Source: Acaryochloridaceae cyanobacterium VAR_48_metabat_390 (lineage in GTDB: Bacteria > Cyanobacteriota > Cyanobacteriia > Thermosynechococcales > Thermosynechococcaceae). From it: a stretch of 25,636 nt of DNA. Both the position numbers and the translations under genes were made by a program. Location: NCBI GenBank assembly GCA_031422435.1, contig JANPLU010000015.1, positions 1-25,636 of the forward strand. Reading direction: 5' to 3'. Positions 18,897 through 25,636 of the stretch are shown here, piece by piece; the first letter of the stretch is position 1; each line of letters starts with the position of its first letter. The notes under the pieces are model-generated. The model saw only the letters and a program-made list of their open reading frames with translations, was not told where the DNA came from and searched no databases.

Positions 18897-19043
18897 TCGC
18901 AGCATTATTTCGCTAAAACCAAATTATGAACGCCATTGAGCAGATTTTCGTCCTAACGCTTGAGAAATTGGCATATCAACCGCCAAATCAGCAGAAACCC
19001 CGCAGTAGTGTAAAGGTAATTCTGCTTTGAGGTTGATTGCGGT

Positions 19044-22000
19044 ATGCCCTATCCAGAGCCTGAACGCTACATTCCCCTTCAACTGCGTTTATTGGCAAGC
19101 CACCCAGCGCTCCTAGAAGGGTTAGACACATGGCTTAAGTTAGGACTCATCACCGACCGCGAAGTGCAGATTCTCTGCCAGCGTTATTTAACGAGCGATC
19201 TTCCGGCACAAAAAATTGTCGCATCAACGCCTGCAAGCACGGCGATCGCCACTGAAATCACTCAGCCGCAGATGGCTGCGATCGCCACTCCCTCAGCCTC
19301 GCCCCCAAGCCCTCGTAGCCCAAGCTGGGTGAGCCAGTTTTTACAAAGTCTGATTAACGAAGTCAGCGTCATTTGGCTGCTATGTCTAGGGGTTTTCTTA
19401 GTCATCGCATCTTCGGCGGTACTGGCTGCCAACCAGTGGGAAAACCTCTCCGCCGCAGGGCAGTACGGCATTTTATTAACCTACACTGTGGCCTTTATTG
19501 GAGCCAGTTTTTGGACTGCCACAAAGCCTCAGCTTTTAATCACGGCTCGGATGCTGCAAGTCGCAAGTTTGCTCCTAATTCCAGTCAATTTTTGGGTGAT
19601 GGACGGGTTTCGGCTGCTCCAGAGCGGTAGCGGCATCATAATGGCGGCGATCGCAGCGGTATTGCTGTCCGTGGCGATCGCAATACTCATGCCGAAACGT
19701 CACAACACCCGCGCAATTACCGCGAACGTTTTGGGACTCAGTTGGCTGCACTGGGGCTGGGGGTTCGCGTCTGTTCCGGTCATTGCAACCTACATCGGCT
19801 GCATTGGCACCTCAGCGATTCTCTTGGCACAGCAACAGGCGGAACCTACAGAAGAACCAAAAACAGCCTGGTGGAGCCGCATTTCTGCCGCCGACATTGT
19901 GCTGCCCTTTGCGGTAATGCTGCTGCTGTTTCGTGCCTGTGTGGTGGTTGCGGTGCCCTTAGAGCAATTAGGGCTAGCCTTTGGACTCTGCGGCTGGCTG
20001 CTGTGTTGGCAAACGCGCAGCCAGCTGTCTGGGCAGATTTGGGCGCTGATTGGGTTGGGTTTACTTGCGGTGGGCTGGCTGGTGAGCGTGGGGGCTGAAG
20101 TTCCTTGGCAAGCAGTGCTGGTGAGTGGATTGGGGCTATGGCTGCTGGGCGATCGCCTTCTACGCCATCACAACCCTGCCGATCTCATTGGCCTATTTAT
20201 TGTGGGTCTAGGCAGTCTTGGGGTTGCTCTCCGACTCGTCCCGTCTTCACTGCGCGAGGCTTTTACCGTAGCCTGCACAAACTGGTTTGGCTCAGCGGGT
20301 ATGCCGGACGTGCTTTGGAGCATCGGGCTATATCCCTATCTCTGGGGATTTTTAGGACTCACCTTTTATCTACGCCGGACTCAGCAGCCACGCCTGGTTC
20401 GGGTTGGCTACACCCTAAGCTGGATTTTGGGGGTCTGCTTAGTGGGCTTGAGCTTGCTTAACCCAGGGGTGCGATCGCTGTCTCTCTGGCTAGCGCTATT
20501 AACCTTAGGGGCTGCGCTGCGGCAGCAGTCTTCTGAGCGACGGGTGTTGGTTTACATCACGCATCTGTTGGGGTTAGCTGCAATCTTCTCGACCGTAGAT
20601 AATTTCGCGCCCCCGTTGAGCATTGCACATTGGGGCATTTTGGTATTGGCGGTCATGGTTATTGAGTGGGTCGCGTCTCTGCTGTTGACGCGATACGCTT
20701 TGTGGCAAGAAAGCGCCTGGTTTGTGGGTCTAGGGTTAGCAGGGCTAGGGTATTTGCTGCTGGCTGGCTCCATTGGAACAGCGCTAGCAATACAGCGCAG
20801 TGCGGTGCTCGTGATTCCGACTGCCCTGACCAGTCTTGCGTTTTTTCCGCAGTTTAGACGGGTTGAGGCCGCTGCCGGACTGAGCGTAGTAGGCGTGATT
20901 GCGGTTCAGTTTTTGACCTTTGAGGCAACGGTTCCCCGTCTGATTGGGCTGGCGCTGGGAGCTTCGCTGATGGTGCTTAATACGGTACGCAGCCCCAATC
21001 TGCTTGCTGCTTTTCTAAGCATTGGGTTTGGCCTTACCTTTGGCTATGCCCTTGGGTGGGAGGTTTTACCCCTAAGTTTTCAGAATTGGGTATTGCTTTG
21101 CGTGGGTTTACTGTGGGGCATGTTTATACTGCGGCAGGGACTATCGTTTCAAAGCTGGAACGTGAGCCGCCCCTTTCAGCGCGCTTTGGATGGCTGGGCG
21201 ATCGCCGTAACCCTCTGGACAAGTCTGCCCCTAGCCGTCTATGGATTAATCACAGTCTTGGCTCCGACATCATGGCTTCTTCCCTTTGGCTGGGTTTATC
21301 CTACTGCCGCTGCGGTGCTGACGGCGGCTCTGGCCTATCGCCACTGGCAGGCTCCCCTACCGCTTGGACTGGTGGGTATCGCTTGGGGGCTAGAGGTGAT
21401 GCTGGTCTGCACCTTTGCCTATTGGGGACAGGCAGCCTCTAGTGTGGCGATCGCCACACTCTCTCTCGGCCTACTCAGCGTATTGCTTGGGGAATTCTGG
21501 GTACGCCGCACAGGGCAACCCTACCGCTGGAGCTACAATCTCATTCCATTGGGCTACGGCGTTTTTGGGGGTGCGCTCGGTCACACAGAATGGACTGCCA
21601 CCACGGGGATTTATACCTTGACTTTGGCAATGATTGGGCTAGGGATTGGTCGTCGTTTGCCTGCGCTTGTGCCCATCACCATTTTGGGAGTATTAGGTTT
21701 TTCTCTTAGCTCTTTTGAGCTAGTGCTGTATCCGCTGCTCAACGCAAAGGGCGGTCAATCTGGGGATGGGCTGATTATTCTAGGCGCAGTGGCACTCGGC
21801 CTTGCGTTTGTCTACCGATCTATTAATCCGTGGGGTGCAAAATTTCTTAATCTCCCGCCTAATGGACTCAGTATTTTGGGGCATATTCACTGGGGACTGG
21901 GCACTTTCTTCGCCATCATTGCCCTACCAGAACTCAGCAGCTTGGGCGAACAGCTTTGGGGCGCTGAACTACTGATTCTAGGTGGTTATGCGCTCTGGCA

Positions 22001-22826
22001 GGGGCGATCGCAGCCCATCTGGATTTATGCCGGACTGGTTCAGTGCTTAATGGCGATGGGGCAGGTTTCCTATACTCAGCTACCTGTAGGGCAGGTCATG
22101 CCGTGGGCAGGGGCGATCGCTAGTGCCGTTGCTTTAGCAATCTACAGTCTGCCGTGGGCGCGTTGGGGCTGGGCAAAGCCGCCGTTTACGCAGGTGGCGA
22201 TCGCACTTCCTGCCGCCGTCACGCTGCTCAGTGCCTTTCAAATCAACACCAGCAGTCTTTTGCTGGTGGGCGGTTTCTATGGCTGGATTGCGTTTGCTAC
22301 CCAGGTTACGCGCATTAGCTATATTGGCCTACCTGCGGTGTACTGGGCGGCGCTCAAGCTATTAGAAGCGCTTCAGCTTACTTCCTCTATCTGGAGCGTG
22401 GGCTTAGTGGGGCTATCGCTTTTGTTTGTGGCTCAAATTGACCCCGCGTTCCAATCTGCTACCCGACGAGAGCTGCGGCACACGCTGCGCTGTTTTGCCG
22501 TGGGGCTGGTGGGCGTAACGGCGCTGTATGAGTCGGATGCCTACTTCTGGTCAGGGGTTGTGACCATTGGCTTTAGCTTAGTTTTGGTGGTGTTGGGGCT
22601 GGTTTTACGAGTCCGTGCCTTTCTCTATGTGGGTACGCTCACTTTTGTATTCAAGGTACTGCGGCTGATTTGGCTGTTTGTGGCTCACGAGTCTCAGACG
22701 CTTTGGATTTTGGCGTTTATCCCAGGTGTGCTAATTATTTGGATTGCAATGACTTTTGAGGCACGGCGATCGCAGGTGACGGCACTGCTGCAATACTGGG
22801 TGACTGCTTTAGAAGAATGGCAATAA
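19044..22826 (+). CDS. Large polytopic membrane protein (DUF2157-like)
   Basis: 1260 aa, a short soluble N-terminus (W..LGLI), a Pro/Ser linker, then many hydrophobic helices and a C-terminal RAFLYVGT..FEARR..W segment. Confidence 0.75.
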   Translation: MPYPEPERYIPLQLRLLASHPALLEGLDTWLKLGLITDREVQILCQRYLTSDLPAQKIVASTPASTAIATEITQPQMAAIATPSASPPSPRSPSWVSQFLQSLINEVSVIWLLCLGVFLVIASSAVLAANQWENLSAAGQYGILLTYTVAFIGASFWTATKPQLLITARMLQVASLLLIPVNFWVMDGFRLLQSGSGIIMAAIAAVLLSVAIAILMPKRHNTRAITANVLGLSWLHWGWGFASVPVIATYIGCIGTSAILLAQQQAEPTEEPKTAWWSRISAADIVLPFAVMLLLFRACVVVAVPLEQLGLAFGLCGWLLCWQTRSQLSGQIWALIGLGLLAVGWLVSVGAEVPWQAVLVSGLGLWLLGDRLLRHHNPADLIGLFIVGLGSLGVALRLVPSSLREAFTVACTNWFGSAGMPDVLWSIGLYPYLWGFLGLTFYLRRTQQPRLVRVGYTLSWILGVCLVGLSLLNPGVRSLSLWLALLTLGAALRQQSSERRVLVYITHLLGLAAIFSTVDNFAPPLSIAHWGILVLAVMVIEWVASLLLTRYALWQESAWFVGLGLAGLGYLLLAGSIGTALAIQRSAVLVIPTALTSLAFFPQFRRVEAAAGLSVVGVIAVQFLTFEATVPRLIGLALGASLMVLNTVRSPNLLAAFLSIGFGLTFGYALGWEVLPLSFQNWVLLCVGLLWGMFILRQGLSFQSWNVSRPFQRALDGWAIAVTLWTSLPLAVYGLITVLAPTSWLLPFGWVYPTAAAVLTAALAYRHWQAPLPLGLVGIAWGLEVMLVCTFAYWGQAASSVAIATLSLGLLSVLLGEFWVRRTGQPYRWSYNLIPLGYGVFGGALGHTEWTATTGIYTLTLAMIGLGIGRRLPALVPITILGVLGFSLSSFELVLYPLLNAKGGQSGDGLIILGAVALGLAFVYRSINPWGAKFLNLPPNGLSILGHIHWGLGTFFAIIALPELSSLGEQLWGAELLILGGYALWQGRSQPIWIYAGLVQCLMAMGQVSYTQLPVGQVMPWAGAIASAVALAIYSLPWARWGWAKPPFTQVAIALPAAVTLLSAFQINTSSLLLVGGFYGWIAFATQVTRISYIGLPAVYWAALKLLEALQLTSSIWSVGLVGLSLLFVAQIDPAFQSATRRELRHTLRCFAVGLVGVTALYESDAYFWSGVVTIGFSLVLVVLGLVLRVRAFLYVGTLTFVFKVLRLIWLFVAHESQTLWILAFIPGVLIIWIAMTFEARRSQVTALLQYWVTALEEWQ

Positions 22827-22956
22827 TCTCTTTAAAGATTTGGCACGGACTCAGCGTGCTAAGGGTGTTGTTGAGCCTGCTAGCGGTCTAGTTTCATGCT
22901 TTGACGGATAAATTTATAGTCTGTTTCCAGAATAGGCATACTGATGAGCTGATGAT

Positions 22957-22992
22957 GTGCTCAACGCCTTGCGGCATCAAAGGTTTCGGCAC
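22957..22992 (-). CRISPR. Single intact 36-bp CRISPR repeat adjacent to the leader downstream of cas2
   Basis: Minus strand GTGCCGAAACCTTTGATGCCGCAAGGCGTTGAGCAC has GTG...CAC ends and an internal ATGCC/GGCGT hairpin, typical of MYXAN/I-B-type repeats. No second intact copy is nearby. Confidence 0.8.
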
Positions 22993-23251
22993 GCCAGGCG
23001 CTAGAACCCTTGCGGGGCAAAGCTCCAGAAGCAACCTTGCAAGCAGGTTAGACAAACTTTTGTACCCAATGCCTTACGGCATCGAAATTGCATGGTATGT
23101 CCTCCTAGAACCTAGTCACCGTAAGCATTTTAACATCCTGCAAGCACCTTATCATCTCTATAAAAGCCAGAAACTCATGCGCCACAAAGTGCCTAGCCCT
23201 CCAGCCTCAGCACTTACTGCTTACAACCACTCCACCCTGCAATATCAGTCC
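22993..23251 (-). promoter_or_regulatory. CRISPR leader region containing a degenerate repeat at 23062-23098
   Basis: Lies between cas2 and the repeat. GTACCCAATGCCTTACGGCATCGAA matches the repeat at 20/25 positions. The motifs CTAGAACC and TGCAAGCA each occur twice. Confidence 0.7.
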
Positions 23252-23545
23252 TCAAAGAATTCTGAAAGACTCCAGCTCCGTCGGCCAAGTTTCAGGACGG
23301 TTGCAAGCTACCACCCGCTGCACACAGCGATCGCACAGCCCCGCAATCAGCAGACTATCCTCCTGCGTCAGAATTTTCTCCAGTTCCCACCGTAGACGTT
23401 CCCGCTCTCGTTGAGAGAGCATGCATCTAAAAATCGAGAGCTGCAAAGACTCCCCATAGCCCTGTAGTAGCTTGTACGCCTTTCGCCAGCGTTTTGGTTC
23501 GCGGATATCGTAGCAAATCAGATACCAATTTTTTGCCTGAGCCAT
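23252..23545 (-). CDS. cas2: CRISPR-associated endonuclease Cas2
   Basis: YLICYDIREPKRW, GYGESLQLSIFRC and EDSLLI motifs. Lies directly after cas1. Confidence 0.96.
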   Translation of the reverse strand: MAQAKNWYLICYDIREPKRWRKAYKLLQGYGESLQLSIFRCMLSQRERERLRWELEKILTQEDSLLIAGLCDRCVQRVVACNRPETWPTELESFRIL

Positions 23546-23554
23546 CTATTCCAC

Positions 23555-25213
23555 CTACCGTACAATCAACTTTGCAAACAACCCACCTTCGCCCATCCAT
23601 TCCTTCTCCAATAGCCTCACCTCCAGCTCAAACAGCCTACGGTAAGACAGCGAATAGCCTAAAATCGGATGTTTCCAGCTTTCATCCTTACGACGCTCAT
23701 AAAGCTGAATAAACTTACGACTACCGTCATTGCTCAGCCAAACCTGTTGCCCTCTCACCTCAAAATCTTCATTTACATCCCACTGACTGCGATTAATAGA
23801 GGCCACAACGGTCATATCTACCAACGGCACCCTAAAAATCTCCATCAAATCCAACGCCAGTGGTGATGCCTGAGTTCTGGGCTGATGGTAAAACCCTAAA
23901 GCAGGCTCCAACCCCACCGTCAAAATGGCATTCATCACATCCTTGAGCAATAGGGCATAGCCAAACCCCAGTAGGGCATTAAACCGATCCTTCGGTGGAC
24001 GACGATTCCGCTCATTGAAATGCAGTAACACAGGCACATTCTGAGAGACTAACTGAGACAAAACTCCAAAATAAATTGCCGCCAACTTTCCCTCTACTCC
24101 CAGCAGTGAAGGCAGCGAATCTGCATACTTCACCTGTTTTAGGAGCGCCTGCATTTGGGCGATCGCCTCCGTCAGTTCCTCACAGCGATTGCCCCGTTGC
24201 CCCCGCATCAAAAACTTACGCTGACTTTGCCCTCGACACTGCACTAACTGTTTCGCCATCGTCAGGCAAAATGCCGGATCGCTCAAAGCGCCATACTGTC
24301 GAATCCGACGCTGAATGCTGCCCTGGCGCTGGTCAAAGCTGCCAATATAGCGCCCACCGCCAGATACTAGATGCACCCCCACCTCATATTCCTTACAGAA
24401 ATACAGCGCCTGTGTTGAGATCTGAGAATAGCTGTGCAGCACTACCTGAGACACCTGCCGAATCGCCATCTTTTCTACAGGCTTGCCCTTAAGCGTCACC
24501 TTAAGCTGATCGCCCGATCGCCCCACGCAAGTTCCTGGCTCTAAAATATGCAGCACCTCCCGTTCATCATCCGCCGGAAACAATCGAATCGGCTGCCACT
24601 CACGGTCATGAGCAAGCCGCGCCTCCTCTGGCAAACAAACCGGAGCCAAAGAACACCGCGCACACAGGCGTTCGTTTTCTGTCACCGGAGGTCGTAACGT
24701 TGAAGTTCTTAGCGCTCTGGCGCGATGAATGGCATCTTGTACCGCCTGTCGCCCTACATCATCTAAAGGCACATGCACCAAAACATTATCGGCATGGTAA
24801 CGAATGCGGCCTTCAACAATCTGGATGCCCAGCGCACATTCTAATAGACAGGCATAGGAAAGAATTTGGAGGCGATCGCTTTCCCAAGCCTGCGGTTGAT
24901 TCTCTGCATCTCGATGGCAGCGCCCCCGCTTATGCTCATAGGGGATTGTCTGTCCATCGCGGGTACGCAGTGCATCTACCCGACCGCGTAAGCCTAGTTC
25001 TGGGCTTTCTAGAAACAACTCATCCCAATCTTCGTCTTCTTGTTTTTCTAGCTCTGCATGGAGCCTACGCCCCGCGAAGACAGCAGCATCTTGGGTGTAG
25101 AGTTCTTCGACTTCTTCAAGGTAAAATAGCCGTGGGCAGTAGGCTAGGGCATGGAGTGCAGAAACCCGAATAGTGTCGGAGCTTGTGGCAGTAGCTTGCA
25201 GCAGCGTTGTCAT
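23555..25213 (-). CDS. cas1: Cas4-Cas1 fusion (type I-MYXAN-like)
   Basis: N-terminal Cas4 (YCPRLFY, GRVD, PYEHKRG, CARCSLAPVC) fused to Cas1 (LLGVEG..A..YF, RNRRPPKDRFNALL, GFYH, LALDLMEIFR). Confidence 0.95.
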   Translation of the reverse strand: MTTLLQATATSSDTIRVSALHALAYCPRLFYLEEVEELYTQDAAVFAGRRLHAELEKQEDEDWDELFLESPELGLRGRVDALRTRDGQTIPYEHKRGRCHRDAENQPQAWESDRLQILSYACLLECALGIQIVEGRIRYHADNVLVHVPLDDVGRQAVQDAIHRARALRTSTLRPPVTENERLCARCSLAPVCLPEEARLAHDREWQPIRLFPADDEREVLHILEPGTCVGRSGDQLKVTLKGKPVEKMAIRQVSQVVLHSYSQISTQALYFCKEYEVGVHLVSGGGRYIGSFDQRQGSIQRRIRQYGALSDPAFCLTMAKQLVQCRGQSQRKFLMRGQRGNRCEELTEAIAQMQALLKQVKYADSLPSLLGVEGKLAAIYFGVLSQLVSQNVPVLLHFNERNRRPPKDRFNALLGFGYALLLKDVMNAILTVGLEPALGFYHQPRTQASPLALDLMEIFRVPLVDMTVVASINRSQWDVNEDFEVRGQQVWLSNDGSRKFIQLYERRKDESWKHPILGYSLSYRRLFELEVRLLEKEWMGEGGLFAKLIVR

Positions 25214-25399
25214 AAGTTGGCGCTCAGATTAACTTCTGCACCAATCTGGCATCCGTACCCTGCAAAATCTTTGCCAGTTTCAAAAGTTTTCTATCTTTTC
25301 ATTAGCAAAAGTAGCCGTTAGTTCCCATTTATAAGGAGCAAAGGTGGAAAGGGCGATAGCTACACACCAAGAGTCCGCACTTCAGTCTCACGCAATGGA

Positions 25400-25507
25400 C
25401 TATTGCCATAGACGCTGAATGGGATAAGCATCAAGGTGGGCATCTCGACTAACTAAAATGAGCGTACGGTTGATAGCCTACGCCACAAGGATTCTATCGG
25501 GAGCATC
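25400..25507 (-). pseudogene. C-terminal remnant of a VapC/PIN toxin
   Basis: Translates DAPDRILVA*AINRTLILVSRDAHLDAYPIQRLWQ*, matching the VapC C-terminal pattern D.FDR.L.AQA..E.L.LVSRD..FD.Y...RLW. There is a TAG at 25478-25480 where Gln is expected. Confidence 0.7.
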
Positions 25508-25572
25508 TCACTTTTGCGATGAGTAGAAATACTTAGGCAACATTTTTTAATTGAAGCGATATCGAGAAATAA

Positions 25573-25636
25573 CCATTAAGGTAAGCACACCGATGTCTGA
25601 GAACCTGAGGGACATTCTTGGTTGCCCATTGTGCTC
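25573..25636 (-). CRISPR. Probable trailer end of another CRISPR array extending beyond the window
   Basis: The window ends in GTGCTC, the first 6 nt of the repeat on the + strand. Forty nt earlier, CATTAAGGTAAGCACAC resembles the other repeat half, CATCAAAGGTTTCGGCAC. Confidence 0.5.

Noticed and set aside
22901..23395. 164-aa + strand ORF
   Set aside because: It spans the CRISPR repeat and leader, runs antisense to cas2, and has no recognisable motifs.
4460..24880. Many GCGATCGC octamers
   Set aside because: This is the ordinary cyanobacterial HIP1 sequence; it is useful for taxonomy only.
19262..25173. Numerous overlapping alternative-frame and antisense ORFs within the membrane-protein and cas1 genes
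   Set aside because: They are fully nested in well-supported genes and lack protein motifs.

Overview
Cyanobacterial chromosomal window (frequent HIP1 GCGATCGC octamers, cyanobacterial-type gene families). From left to right: (1) a nest of IS debris, comprising a frameshifted DDE-type transposase, an IS4-like N-terminal remnant and a MITE-like inverted repeat; (2) a secreted trypsin-like protease and a META-domain protein; (3) an MmeI-like fused restriction-modification gene with an in-frame 600-bp insertion, consisting of a DUF559 nuclease domain bracketed by REP-like inverted repeats; (4) a ~0.7-kb integrase-less mini-island at the 3' end of tRNA-Arg(UCU), bounded by a 53-bp direct repeat and carrying only a small ORF plus a frameshifted PemK/MazF toxin; (5) a housekeeping block: hydrolase-like protein, His-tailed ferrochelatase-like protein, ampG, type-2 NADH dehydrogenase, guanidine hydrolase under a guanidine-I riboswitch, methyltransferase, larC, a Sua5/YciO protein and a large membrane protein; (6) the adaptation end of a type I (MYXAN/I-B-like) CRISPR-Cas locus with a cas4-cas1 fusion and cas2, one intact repeat plus a degenerate repeat+leader duplicate, a VapC remnant, and the probable trailer end of another array at the window edge. 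All calls come from motif recognition by eye; no searches were run.
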